A DNA stretch of 63,362 bases, counting the filler, from Atractiella rhizophila (taxonomy: Eukaryota): the NCBI GenBank assembly GCA_021432655.1. It is 9 parts of 9 records of this genome, joined end to end, with 100 filler letters (N's around TTAATTAATTAA, not from the genome) between each part and the next. Parts side by side here need not be neighbours in the genome. Positions count along the whole stretch, not along the records: positions 37,477 to 47,636 come from MU272083.1; positions 47,737 to 57,893 come from MU272084.1; 7 more parts are not named here. One strand, 5' to 3'. The first letter of the stretch is position 1, and each line of letters begins with the position of its first letter. The position numbers and the translations under genes were made by a program. Positions 38,895 through 52,500 of the stretch are shown here, one piece after another. The notes beneath the pieces are model-generated. The model was not told the DNA's origin, did not search any database, and was given only the letters and a program-made list of their open reading frames with translations.

Positions 38895-41800
38895 GTCGTA
38901 TTAGTGTGAATACCGAGGTGTGTTAGGTAGATAGAGGAGACCGAAGAAAGAAAAGGAAGGAATGAAGTGGACAGGTCTGTGCTGTTCCGCTCGGCGGTAT
39001 CGATCAACGAAAAGGGGATGTTGATGAGACTCTTCTGTCAACAATATTAGACCATCAGACACCTTTCTTCCTTGACACCTTTCCCTCATGATATGATAAG
39101 GATAAAGCTACGCACCTATAAGTATAAGATGGCCCTTCCCAGCCCAGTGCCCAACGCAGAAAGCAGGCGTGAGTGGGTTGAAAGTTGAAGGAGTGAGTTG
39201 GAAGGGGAAGAGTTTTGAAGCCTGTGCCGCACAATCGCAGTTCCTTGACAACTTCACGGCACCGATATGTCTGCGACTCCGGACGGAACGGATATTGGTC
39301 GGATGTTGCGAAGCAGTAGAAGTAACCAGCAGGTTGGCTTTTCTGGACTCTCTTCAACGTTCTCAGCTTCCCGAGCTCCTTTTTTGGCCCAAGCTACATC
39401 AGAGGCGACAGCTTAGGATTTAGATGGACTCCCATGCAGAAGCTAGTCCAGCATGACGACGCTGCTGCATACAAATTGCAATCTGCTTTGGTCTCTCTCT
39501 CAGCATATGGTCACAGTTGTCAGATCAGCTATGCAGTATCGCACGGTTTGGGAGGAAGGCTCCATGGTATTTAATTTGTGAAGGAGGCACAGAATAATAT
39601 CTGCTGTCTCCTGCATCTCGCTCTTCGCATCGCATGCTCGCCTTTTCTTCCAGCTTCAAGTTGTTAGGCACTATTTGCTCCAAAAATACCATTCACATCA
39701 TCTCCAACACTGTTTTGCAACGGTTTTGTCTTGTTGCCATGATTATTGTCCCATTTTAGAAACTGGCAATCGTCCAGTCAAACAGTCAAACATCTCCATA
39801 TTATATCGGGAAGAGCCATCAATTTAAGCTTACCACCAAACGTGATACTTCCCGTCATGATTCTTATCCCAGTCCCAATGTCTTCCTCACAATCCAATCC
39901 CTCCCCTCCCTCATTTGTGCCACCATAATGCGACTCGCAGCATATCAGGCCGGCATCAACGTTTCGTTTCAATCGCCCGTGGTGACCCTCTGCGCGCAAT
40001 TGGGTCATCCGCATAGAGACTCCCTCTGCCATACCGCCCAAAGCGGGAATACGAAAAGGCGATCTGCTCTTCGACGACCTCGAGACGGATTGGCCGTGAG
40101 GAGGGGATAACAAGTGGCAACGGGTCATCCTCAGAATTGTCGGCTTGCATGGGAGCTGAAGGGGTCCTGCCAGCGTGATGTGAAAGGAACGGTCGAGATA
40201 CAGTGCTCTTAAGATTCGGGAGGAACGGCCGTTAGATCAGATTCTGTAGCCTTGACACATAAAGGATAACGGGGGGACGACGATGAAAGCTATTCTCTCC
40301 CTCATCGGCATCCATGGACCCAAAGCGATCATCAGAGTAACCGAGCAGCTTACAATAAGAGAGATTTTAAAAAAATACTACCCAACACTGAACATTGCAC
40401 CATGAGGTCTCTCAAACACATTATAATCCCGAACAATCGAGGAGCGATTAAAGTGTAGCCAGTCACATCTTCACCTTGCGATGTTCTCACTCACAAGAAC
40501 CAATACCTGCCATAGAAGGCAGGCTAACGCGATAGACATTCTGCCAGAACTGGGTTCTTCTCACGACAGTCGGATGTCGCAAGCTTAACCCTTACGAACC
40601 CCTTGACAAAATTCAAAGCAAACGACGAAATCACCGCGAACGCGGCAGGAATACGCGTTAAACCATCTTTAGGCATCGTCTGGGGATAAATGAGGGGAGG
40701 GGTTAACGGTGACGGCGTAGGGATTTCGCACCTGAAGGATGACAACATCGAGGATGGCTTCGTCCAATGAATCGCGGTACCCTCTTCTGCTGAACCGCCT
40801 CACGTCTTTCCCTTCCGTCAATCTATAAAATAGGGAGGCTGGAGCGTAAACTTCATAGCACACGTGTCTGGTAGGACATAGAGAGAACTTGACTTCCCCA
40901 ACAACCATAGCAAGCGATCGGCTCTCGCTTAGCAGCTCGCTAATCTCGCGAAGTCCTGCGCCTCCCTGAGCACTGGACCAGGGCAGACCTGAGCGCCCTG
41001 AGAAACAGTTCTAGGGGTTCAATTTACAAGGAGGCAGGGGTAGCAAAAACGTGTGCTCTCGAGCTCTTTCCCCTTTCCACGTATCGCTGAGCGCGGTCCA
41101 ACGTTTCCGTCAGAATTGGACCATATTTTCACGCCGATCCATTTCGAGATGATCGACAAATTTCAGCTGATCGAGCAATCATGAAGTCTGAAAGGTTCGT
41201 CTGTGCCATAGTGTATCCTTGGACTCGGCGTCGCACCAAAACGATTTCAGGTTCGGAATTCAGGGAGTCACGGTCAAACCACACCATGAGCAAGAACATT
41301 TAGACATGGAGAGTCTTGCTTCAAGTTGAAATTTCATCGCCAACGGTGCCAAACTTGCACCGTAATTGGAAGAAAACACATCATCTTCGAGGAGAGGTTA
41401 TCACGAACTTTCGATTTCAGTGATCACCGTTTCTTTTGATTGAAAGCGTTAGCATCACATTCATCGTGAAGACTCTCACGTCTCACTTCTCCTTCCTGAT
41501 TTGCATTGTAGCATCCATTCCTACTTCTCGACACAGATTAAAGTAGAATGAAACGGAGAGAGAGGTTTCCAGATGCACTAGTACAGATATGCATGTCTAG
41601 CCTTCCTGAAGAAGGTGAGATTCCGAAGACGGGATTTTGTTGTACAAATCTCTCGGCCCAATTCAACAGTTGATTGGGTCATTGATGGCCATTATTGCTC
41701 GATAACACATGATCACACATTGCCAGTGGGGAAGTCGGAAGTGGATGAATGTTACTGCGCATGAAGCGACAACTGTCCCAACCTCACAACCTATGCTCCT

Positions 41801-42126
41801 TCCAGGCTCTAGTCTCTTCCAGAGCGACAATACAGCGAGATATTCGAGGGCAGAAACATGCAAATAGGATCGACGGCGACCCGGAGATCATTCGAAGGAT
41901 CACAGCGTACCAACAACAAAATACACTAGCGCAATAGCTTGCGCACTAATGCCCACTCATCCCGCTCATCAGCAACGACGACGAATGCCACTCCGGCTGC
42001 TCCTCCCTTTATAAGCATCAAGCTGGTTCACCCTCAAGCACCAAAGCTGATTTCAGCGTCAAAGCAGGTGAGACTCGGTCGTTTGTTGATCGAGGTGGCT
42101 GAGCGGAAGTTAGTTTAGTCGGCAGC

Positions 42127-42585
42127 ATGACCCTCCCTTCCCAAGCTTTTCCTCGTCCCCCATCCCCTTCGCCGCCACCTCCCCACGCTTCACATCCCAC
42201 AACTCCCCAAACGAATGCCGCGCTCGAGAAAGAGCGAGAAGCAATGGACGAGACTCATTACCACGCGAGGACAATGTCCGACGCACCACCTCCTCCCTAT
42301 GCGAGCGAGAGGGACATAGAGAACAAGCCACTCCCACTCCCACCCCAATCCGACCCCAACAATAACGCTAGTACCAGCGCAAGGGCAACATGGGGTAGGC
42401 GAAGTCGAAATACGGAGGGGAAGAGTGGAGCCGGAAGCGGAAGTACCAGCAGTGCAAGTGAAGAGGAAGGAAGGGATAGATCGCGGGAGCGGAGGGAAGA
42501 GAAGAAACACGTACACGTCGTCGTGGGTGGGAAGGTGTTCAGGGTAGTGAAAGAGGGCAAATTCAGAGCTGGCATCGTTCGTTAA
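42127..42585 (+). CDS. Hypothetical 152-aa low-complexity protein with PPPPY motif
   Basis: Single ORF, upstream TATAA at about 42010 and a probable 5'-UTR intron (GTGAGA 42068..TTTAG 42118). Confidence 0.55.
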   Translation: MTLPSQAFPRPPSPSPPPPHASHPTTPQTNAALEKEREAMDETHYHARTMSDAPPPPYASERDIENKPLPLPPQSDPNNNASTSARATWGRRSRNTEGKSGAGSGSTSSASEEEGRDRSRERREEKKHVHVVVGGKVFRVVKEGKFRAGIVR

Positions 42586-44535
42586 GTTTCGTTTCTTCTC
42601 TTTCGAAAATGGCGTGGTGCAGAATGTTCGTTCAGCTTTTATCTTACATTCTCCCTTTCCCTCGCCCAGACAGAAGTGTAATCCTTAGACCACACGGACT
42701 GTGTATATTATTTATTCGATCCTTCGCCTTTTACCTCAGCTTATTTGATTGATTCAGTGTGGTTGTCAAGAAGTGAGAAGTGAGAAGTGCATTCATTGGT
42801 TCCATTTCACCATTTACATAAAGATGCAATCTACCTTCATTCATTACTCCTCGAGTGACACAGAATGCCTGAGTTCACACCATTTAGCAAGCTTTTTCTC
42901 TCAAATACTTGTAATGGTTAAATGATTTCAGGCTTCATTGGCATCGTGTCGAAGTAACGACTCGTCGGTACAGAATACAGCAAGCTAACTTTTTGTTTGA
43001 ATAAATCCTCATCAACATTAAACCAACTCTGATCGAAATATGTCGTTGTATACTGTCCCGGTTCATAACAACTTAGAATGATGCTTTTGTCGGGATGAAC
43101 GAGGAATACATACTGAATTCGTCAAATACTGAACAAAACCAAAATCGGGAGCGGGAGGATCAAGGCTTGCAGCTTCCGTTTTTGCATCCTTTGCAGTCTA
43201 TCAAGAAGCGAGGTATTAAGCATATCATGATGGAAAGAAGATACGATAAGCGCACTGGAATTACAGCTGCAGGATGGGCTGCAAGAAGAAGACCTTCCCA
43301 TCTTCCCCTTGCAGCCTTGAGTGGTGCAGGGCGTTTGATGTCTCTCGTTCTCGGTATGTAAAGGTCAGCCAAACGTATAGAAGCTGATTATTTTAAATTT
43401 TCCAGGCTTGAAACAAGGCGAGAGACGAGGAGCAGAGAACCGACAGAAGGTCGCCTTTTATGATATCAGAGCCTGTGAGCAGACCGATCTTTCTTTGAGC
43501 GACTGGACTGGTGACCATGGCACCAATAGGGCTCGAATGAAGACGCAGTGCGGGACTGAGATGAGATGTGGAGACAGGGGTCTCACTTCAAACTTGATGC
43601 TATTTGTTCGGACGCCAGCTCAGGAAGGAAAGGAAAACCAACAATTGCTTGAAGGTCACCCACTAGCGCGTAGGTTGTCCATCAGCAAAATAGAAGCATG
43701 TAGACAAACATCGCTTCGTTCGTATTTCTCCTTTTTCCCGGAGAACCCCGCATATCCAAATATGAATAGTAGACCATCCAAAGTCAGGCGAAGAAATCAT
43801 GATCATCCCTTGTTCACACTCGCCCAAGTAGAATTTAGAAATCGGTGTCGTCTTTTAAGACATCGTGATCCTCTTTTATCATATGTCCATCATGTTTTGA
43901 CGTGATGCATGATGCGTGACGTTGAGGCATCAACTGGGCTGGTCAAACGACGATAAGTAGAACTCAAAAGTCGAAAGCTCTCATTCTCTTCAATAGACAC
44001 CACTGACTTCGCAATGGCGAAGAGCTATTTTCAATTTGGCTACTGAGAAACTACGGCCTTAATTGACATTTCCCTTATTTTGAGTCAGATAGGTGATTGA
44101 ACATGCCTTCTGCAAAAAGCACACATTGCTGGCCGTATGGTTCCTGCTAGCTCTGCCAGCAGCCCGGACATTTTAGTGCACACCATTGCCCATGCGTGAC
44201 AATTGATTCCAGTTGCATTGTAGCTTATGTACTCATTCGAGTTTTCAAGATCTGTATGTGAGTAGACGCTTGCTGCCCAGGAAAGCAAGCAACAACTGGT
44301 GTGTGCAACAATGCTACCACCGGCCATGTGCTTAGCTCATGAACTCATACGAACTTTCACACTCTGTATGTTAGTAGACGAGACGCTTGCTGTTCAGAAA
44401 GCAAGCAACAAGTGGTGTGCTCAATAATGCTAACACTGACCGTGTGCTCAGCAACACCGCTACAATCGTAAACTGCATCAAATTGGAGGGGAAAGTGTAT
44501 CTGAGCCATGAGCACCTCTGGCCTCTTTGGGAAGT

Positions 44536-45573
44536 TCACTGAAGACTCAGCTCATCGTCCTCGCTGAAGCTTGGGGGATAGACACAGCTGTCTCTCCCTC
44601 TCCAAAATCGCTTTCTTGTAGCACCAACTGTTCTCCTTTCCTTAATCAAATCCAAAGGATCTGACTCACTCGACATCGGCGGCCGTTTATCGGGACTGTG
44701 GTGGGAAATGTTTGGTGGACGTTCCCTGGGACGATTGGAGGTAGAGGAGCTGGTCCGATTGATCACATCTCTCATAGTTGACTGCAGAGGAAGAGAGACG
44801 GAATGGCGTTCTTGATCCTGCAGTGGAGAAGCCGACGAGCTGACATCAGAAGAATAGTCCCTGTCGTCGTGGTCGGGTAAATGATCTGTGGAATCTTCTT
44901 CGAAATGTTCTGAACTTTGGGAATTTTCCTCATCAGAAGGGAATGGCTCGTTTTCTTCATCTGATTCGACGACCATATAGTTCTTCGTTTTGCGAGGTGA
45001 ACGCTTGAAAAGGTAGTGCTCGACAAGCTCCTCATCCTCTGATACATCGTCTGCAACAGACTTGGTTGGTTCTTCATCTTCACGAGCCGAATCAGTCATA
45101 GTCGAAAGTGATCGCTCGAGAGTCTGACCGCCCACCGAGGCTAGAACTTTCGAATAAATATCGTTCCAGTTCCTATGCTTCAGTATGCGAAGCACCTCTC
45201 CAATGTTCGTGTCCCCGAGATCCTTGAGCACATCCTGAAGATCGGATACTCCAAATGCCAACAAATCGCAAATGACGTCTAACCGCTCGGCATCCACAGC
45301 ACAGTCCACAGCAAACTGCTTTATGGTAATGTTCTGAGGATTCTCAAAGGCCCAATCCAAGGCGCAATTAGGGAAGCCTTCTAATGCTTCCTCCACGTCT
45401 TCTCTCAATGAAGGAGGCAGGGGGAATGGCAAGCATAGAGTGAGTTCGGTATCGCACTTGAGGAGAGAAGCGACAACTGGTCCGATTTTGTCGACTGGGT
45501 GATCGTGGCAGGTTCGATAAACCGTCTCGGCGAATTGAAAACAATCTTGACGAGAGGTATACCGAGATCTCAA
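44536..45573 (-). CDS. Orphan ORF of about 345 codons (globular N-part plus acidic/Ser-rich part); gene boundaries unclear
   Basis: Long open frame with protein-like composition and no recognisable family motif. Confidence 0.5.
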   Translation of the reverse strand: MRSRYTSRQDCFQFAETVYRTCHDHPVDKIGPVVASLLKCDTELTLCLPFPLPPSLREDVEEALEGFPNCALDWAFENPQNITIKQFAVDCAVDAERLDVICDLLAFGVSDLQDVLKDLGDTNIGEVLRILKHRNWNDIYSKVLASVGGQTLERSLSTMTDSAREDEEPTKSVADDVSEDEELVEHYLFKRSPRKTKNYMVVESDEENEPFPSDEENSQSSEHFEEDSTDHLPDHDDRDYSSDVSSSASPLQDQERHSVSLPLQSTMRDVINRTSSSTSNRPRERPPNISHHSPDKRPPMSSESDPLDLIKERRTVGATRKRFWRGRDSCVYPPSFSEDDELSLQ

Positions 45574-45688
45574 TGACGGAAGGAGATGGGGGAAGATGGT
45601 AAATATTGAGAGTTTGGCTGAAGTAGGACTGGATTGCTCCCGAAGGAGCGGGTATGGGAGAAGATGCGATAAAATGCTGAGAGCCTAT

Positions 45689-46869
45689 GAGTATTTCGTT
45701 AGTATATGCTCCCTTGCGCTTGAATTCCAATCACAAGACAATAGAGAGTGACACTACGGAGCAATTGTAGAAGAAGGAAAGCGGAAACTGAAATTAAAGG
45801 AGTGACAGCGTCGTTTGGGAATCTGGATGACTCTGCAACAAGAGAAGGCCAGATTTGGGCAAATTCGCATTTCTTCAGTTCATAATAGCAGAATAATAGT
45901 ATAAGCCTTGAAATGCAGGGGGATAGTAAAACAATGCCATGTCAGCATATGGAGGAGGAAGGGTTTCCACGAGAGGATGAAAGATCCGTAGGTACACCGC
46001 TGCGTCCGCCTCTCGTCTGGTTCTTGCACCTTCACAACCAAAAACGATGCCTGCGAAGGTGAAATTCCTCACGCGTTTCAAGACCGCGTAAAAGAACAGT
46101 GATAGTTGCAACCACTCAATGAGACCTGCGGGCCCGCTCAAGAGCGTGATGTTTATCTTTCTCATATGCACTCTACCAGTTGTGTAGATGACGGAGGATA
46201 CTGACGTGAGTAGAAGACAAACTAATATCTGCAAGAGGAGGGCTGACGGAAGCAGGAACGGCGGCAGGCAAGAAGGCAAGAAGAGAGACCAAGTTCATCA
46301 TAAGAGTATTTCGTTAGTATATGTTCCCTTGCAATTACGTTATATCACAAGATAATGGAGAGCAATTGTAGAAGAAGGAAAGCGGAAACTGTAATTCAAG
46401 GAGTGACAATGTCGTTTAGGAATCTGGATGACTCTGCAACAAGGAAAGACCAGATTTTGGGCAGATGTGCATTTCTTCGGTTCATGACGGCAGAATAATA
46501 GTAATATAAGTCCTGAAATGCAGGGGATAGGAAAACAATGCCATGTCAGCAGACGGAGGAAGGGTTTCCACGAGAGGTTGAATGATCCGGAGGTACACCG
46601 CTGCGTCCGCCTCTCGTCTGGTTCTTGCACCTTCACAACCAAAAACGATGGCGAAATTTCCTCGTGCGTTTCAAGGCCGCGTAAAGAATAGTGATAGTTG
46701 AAGAGCGTGATGTTTATCTTTCTTATATGCACTCTCCCATTTGTGTACTATTATTGATGACGGATCATACTGACGTGAGTAGCAGACAAACTAATATCTG
46801 CAAGAGGATGGCAGACGAAAGCCGGAAAGGTGGCAGGCAAGAAGGCGGGAAGAGAGACCCAGTTCATCA
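45689..46869. repeat. Diverged head-to-tail duplication: 45689-46300 and 46304-46869
   Basis: Both copies begin GAGTATTTCGTTAGTATATG, end AGTTCATCA and align throughout with substitutions and indels. Confidence 0.92.
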
Positions 46870-47145
46870 ATTGAGTTCTGCCTCGCAGACCGTCCCAAGT
46901 CCGTCTTTCTCGCTCTCTCCAACGAAACAGTGTATGAAGGCGTATCAAGCAGAGGATACAGACAAAGCAACGGGTCAGTTGTAGAAAATTGAGTGTTCCA
47001 TGAGGGAAGAAGGGAGGATGTAGTCACGCTTAGGAATGTTATGCCAGACGCAGCGCTTCTTGCGATGTCATAACAAGAGGTGACTATGTCCAGCACCGTC
47101 ACTAGTCGGAGAATTGCTTCGGACCTGTGTGCTTCATCGCAACAT

Positions 47146-47636
47146 TCAAGACCGTAAACCAGGGAATGAAACCGCCGATGAGGAGAGAGAAGTCCCAGTA
47201 CTCGTAAGACATGTCAAGCAGATGATTTCAGGAGCATGCAGCGACTTTGGAACAGATATTCGAATGAAACGTTGATTAAATGGAGAGTAACGCACCTCTT
47301 CCTTCCATCCTCCCTCTCTCAGCGCTCCTTCAACTTCCCTCAGAACATACACCCATTCTACCATACCCTTCCTCCTCCCCCGCTCCCTCCTCCTTCTTCC
47401 ACCCAAACCCAAACCGAGACTGGCTCTACACACCATCTCTACTGCCAATCCCACCACCAACTTCCTCCACTCCTTCAACGGTATCCTCTCCAACCAAGGC
47501 GCGAGGTCCAAAGCTCTCTCCTTCGTGGATTCTTCGTCAGAGGAGCATGAGGGGTCGTCGTCTTTGTTCGACGGATGGGTGAGGAGAGAATTGGTCATAG
47601 AGGATGAGGACATGAGGATGGAGCGTGAAGGAGGAG
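47146..47636 (-). CDS. Hypothetical protein fragment abutting a spacer
   Basis: Open frame with helical-looking LDLAPWLERIPLKEWRKLVVGLAVE..EWVYVLREVEGAL; no family recognised. Confidence 0.35.
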
Positions 47637-48468
47637 NNNNNNNNNNNNNNNNNNNNNNNNNNNNNNNNNNNNNNNNNNNNTTAATTAATTAANNNNNNNN
47701 NNNNNNNNNNNNNNNNNNNNNNNNNNNNNNNNNNNNGATGACTTTGGCGCATTCTTCTTCTTGGAAGATTTTTGAGCGGATTTCGGCGCTTTAGTTTGCG
47801 AGCGAAGATCTCGCAAAAGGTCGGCGGAACTCGAGTACGCCTCCTCTTTCAGATAAACGAGATCGACTCTACCAAATTTTGCCTGATTCAGCATTATCCC
47901 TACAATCAAAAAGGAAAGAATACCCCTCCCGACTCCAAGTTGAAGTTTTCGGTCCCATGCCTTTGAAGACGGTTGAGCACCTGAGGTTGAAGCAGAATTA
48001 ATTCCAGATAAGTGGTAAAGAGCAGACCCACTTGACACCTTCTTTCCTGCACGCGTCGCATCCTATCACTCCAGGACTTCGCGTGCATGTTCTTCGACCT
48101 CTAGCGCATCTTTCGCACGCTTGCTCAAAGTCTTTTGAGGACATTTCATAACTCAGTCAAGCTCAGAATGAAAGTGTATGGTCTCTTGTAGTCGCGTTCG
48201 TCTGCCTGTCACAGCACAGCACGGATACCATGTAGACCCGAGAATGTGTTCTTTCCTGTATTCAATAACGTGACTATGAAAGCCACATAGAACTGTCGAA
48301 GATCATCTCGATCTGCTTAGCGGAGCATTTCGAAGAGCTAAGCGAAAAAGATTGCACACCCGATTAATGGAATTTCACGTTGATCATGGACATTGGATCC
48401 AAGTAAATTGACAGTGTTTAATGTGTTGAAACAACGGAGAATGGAGCAAAACGACAGTTAGCTCCCAT

Positions 48469-48531
48469 CAAAAATGCAACAGGCAAAGCCTCAACAAAAA
48501 TGCAACATACAAAACCTCAACAATATGCAGC
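48469..48531. repeat. 26-bp minisatellite, about 2.4 imperfect copies
   Basis: CAAAAATGCAACAGGCAAAGCCTCAA / CAAAAATGCAACATACAAAACCTCAA / CAATATGCAGC. Confidence 0.7.
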
Positions 48532-49583
48532 TGCCCGGGCTACGTCGGACATCGTAGTACACGGCTTGAAACTTCGCAACGAAGAGTAGTTTGCAACTGT
48601 GCTCTTTCCAGCAAGCTCCTTCAAGTTGCGATCATGTATTATCTAACCTGCTTCGAAAATATTGCATCATTTGGTATTTATTCCTGATCGCACTTCGAAA
48701 AAAGCAGTCACAGGCATCAACTATTTTTTGCATGGAGCGAAGCAGGTAAGAGTTGGTACTGTTCGGTACCGTTGGAAATCGTTGGAAGACATCACACAGC
48801 TGAGAAGCTGGACAGGACATGGGAAGATACTGTGGCTGTGGGTATTATAAAAGCTGCTGCTTCGAGATCACCAACATGATGCAGACAGACACTAGCTTTG
48901 CAACTAGATCCTCCCGCGAACACTCAAAATAATGAGGGAATAGACGTCAACATATGGACAACGGTGTTCGAAGATAACCATCAATACTTTCTTCACCCTC
49001 ACGCCATTGCTGTGCGCAATCAACCCTTTGCTTACTGCCAAACGGAAGCATTACGTACTTGGAAAAGGTGAAGGTCTTGAATTCGCGAAATAAGGATGGC
49101 TCCTTGGCTAGCAAGGTAAGTACTGAGAAGCACTGAGTTCTCCAGGAGGGCCGAAATTCTCCCATCTCTTTGACACTCAGTGACTGACCTGTTTGGCGCT
49201 GATGACCACTGCCCAGTCTGACGTTCTTTGCACGCCGAATTCTCCCAGCATCCCGAGCGAACATCTCACCATTGCGTGGCCCATCCAACTACTATCATTT
49301 CCGAAGCATTGCTATACCTGGTTATACAGTTTTCCATTGGTTCTCGGAGCGCCACTGGAGTCTCGTCGTCTTTGAGAAGTTTCGCATTCCGCATTCCACA
49401 CGGGCTGTGCCCACGCGAGCCTCCAAGCAGTGCAACAGCGGTGTCTACAAAACATCCAACATACCTCGAATTCCACCTCCCTTCCCCTACTCCCTCCCGC
49501 TATCTTACCCTATTCCTCACAATCCGACTCCCCCGAAAACGGACATTTTTGCTGCTTTACGATCGAATAATTTGGAATGAACA

Positions 49584-52500
49584 ATGTTGAGTTTTGGGAT
49601 CTGGAATTACTTTTTGCTGTCGTGGGTTGTGTTTGAGATTGTGAGGGCCGATGCTGGGTAGGTATCTCTTGCCCTCTGAACAATTTGGGATGACTGGTGT
49701 CTGGTGTTAAAGTGTACGGCAAGCTCAAGAGGTCGACGGGGAACATGAGGAGATGAAGCAGAGGGCGGCGGACGAAGCTTGTGCGTCTTCTTTCTTCGGC
49801 GCTATGAGAACCTTGGAGCTAATGGAGGGGGAAAAGATCGGGAAGAGAAGCGACAGTTGCAACAGTTCACGCAATACAACCCTTTCGCCTGGATCTCAGG
49901 TATCCCTCCGGTCGAACAGAACAACCGAGTTGTTGGAGCGGATGGGAAGACGTACACCTTTACACAATACGACCCCTACCCCTTCACACCTATCGCTGCT
50001 CCAACTCCAACGTCTCAATCTTCCTCCCTAACCCCACAGACAACTTCGTCCAGAACGCCAATCGCAATTCCAAGTGCTTCGAGTTCACCAGGCAAGGTAG
50101 CGCAGCCTGCCATTCAATCGAGCATCTCTTTCACTCAGTACGACCCGTTCCCATTCACGCCGGGTGCTACCATTCGTGTCGGTTCAGCAACGAGCATCTC
50201 TTTTACTCAATACGACCCGTTTCCCTTCACACCGGGTATGACCATTGTTGTTGGCCCGACATCGAGTCCAAGCTCGCCTTCGGTTGCTACGGTGTCCAGC
50301 CCTTCCCGTCCAGCAACAACTTCGAGTCGCTCTCCCCCTCAAATGCAAGGAACGACGAGTCTGCCAAACTACAACCCCACGTTTCCCCTGCCATCTTCAC
50401 GTTCCCCTCTTCCTCCTCCGGCGAGCATGTCTCAGTCGACTCGTGCGAGTGTGAGCGTGGTGCAGAGTCCGCGGCCGACCAGTACAAGCTTGCCCAATTA
50501 CAATCCAAGCTTTTCCTCCTACGTAAGACCCACGTCCTCCTCCACCCCGCCCGTGGTAGTGCCCGTCCCAACTCCGAGCTCGAGCTTGGCTCAGAATTCA
50601 AGACCGACCAGCACGAATTTGCCGAACTACAATCCTAGCTTCTCCCCCTACGTTCCTCCTACCTCTCTATCCTCCACTCCTCCTGTGATGCCAAGCTTCG
50701 TAACAGTCAGTCAGCTCCCGAGTCCGAGTTCTCGCTCCAATTCCATTGTTACGCCATGGGTCATGCCATCCTTGAGCGCAACAAAATCGAGCTGGAGTCC
50801 AAGTCCGACGGTAACCACGAGCGTAACAGGCCTGATCCAGACTGGAGTGACGCTCAGCACCTACCTCATTTCTGGAGTTCCCAGTAGCGCGATCCCATCT
50901 ATCTCCTCGGTTCCTGCAGTGGTCGTTGCTCCTCCATCTAGTACACGTCTACCGGTTGTTGTAGGAGGTAATTCTACGTCGAGTGCATTGCCCACCACCA
51001 CTCCATTCGTCGTGATTGGGGGAAACTCTACCTCCCTCACCACCTTACCAACGAGTACCCCTCTCCCAGCTCTCGGTGGTAACTCGACGTCTGCTAAACC
51101 CAGCTTCTTCACCAACACAGGAGCGTTTAATGGCACTTCATCGCGTGCCCCCTTACCAGTTCCCACCAGTTTTAATTTCACCAGAACGTTTACTCCCACG
51201 AGTGGGTTCATGACCAATGGGATCGGAAATACCACTGCTACTCCTACAACGTTGATCACTTCCACGACAGCATTCGTTATGAATTCCGGCATGTTCAATG
51301 GCACAACCACTTCGAGGGTGCTGACTTCGTTTTCGAGCCTTACGAGAACGTTTCTTCCTACCAGTGGCTTTATGACCAATGGAGGATTAAATGTCACATC
51401 CACATCGTCATTTTTGGGCACCGTTATTCCCCTGAGCTCATCTACAAGCTCCCTGTCACGGATCTCGAGCTCAAGCTCTTCCTCACCTTCCTCTTCACTG
51501 ACTGTCACTTCCTCCTCTTCAACACTCCCGCCCCGTCCCACTACCACTTCATCCCCTCCGCCTCAGCAGCAGCCTGCCACTACGCCATCCCCACCTCAAG
51601 CCCCTCCGTCGTCCGTGTCGCCCGCATCCTCGACACTCTCGACTTCAACTGGAACCACACCAGTTTTGATGGACAGCCAATCTACCGCGGCTGGACAACA
51701 AGGGGCGACATCAGCAGGCGGCACACAAGACACCAAGCTGGTCGTCGCGCTGTCCGTCACATTTGTTGGTATCGCAATTGTCCTTGGTGTGGCGACTTTC
51801 TTCTTCCTCCGATACCGTCGGCGACGACGAAAGGCTAATGCTGTCACTGCTAACTCTATGGAGAAAGGAGGAGATGGAGGTGGAGCAGGGAAGAGCGAGG
51901 GTAGCGCATTGCTCGGTGGGGCTGCCACTGCGATTGGATCAGGGGCCGCTAGAAGGGGCACCGTGAGGACCATGCGCGATATGACCGGTCGTGATGGCGG
52001 AGCTGGCGGAGGAGCTGGTGGAGCTGGAGCTGGAGCTGGAGGGGGTGTGATGAGGGTGATGAGCGGAATGTTTGGTGGAGGTCGAAGTCGAGAAGGCGAG
52101 AGGACGAGGAGAAGTAGAGAGAGGAGGCAGGATATGATGGATGGAGAAATGACGCCGAGAGATCGTGACGACGACGACGATGATGACGAAGAAGATATGA
52201 TGAGGAGACAAACCGAGAGAAGAGGTATTGCGGCCGCGACTTATGGAGCGAATGGGAGCACTCAACAGCTCCTAAATTACGGTTCTACTTCGAGGGGTCC
52301 GGAAAGGCGGATGGACGAGGAGGAGGAGGAAGGAAGGAGTTCGAATGAAACGGTTCGTGACTCGCATGGTCATGAGAGTGGGCGTACCCGGTCCAGGAGC
52401 GATCCAGACGCAGCTTCGATCGACAGTTGGGACCGAACATCTGAAGGTGAACCGTTGCCATTCCCCGGAACGCCAATCATTCGGATGCCTCGTCCTCAAC

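Noticed and set aside
50861..51547. Long antisense ORFs (also 12739-13538, 21735-22283, 32885-33322)
   Set aside because: Shadow frames of real coding sequences.
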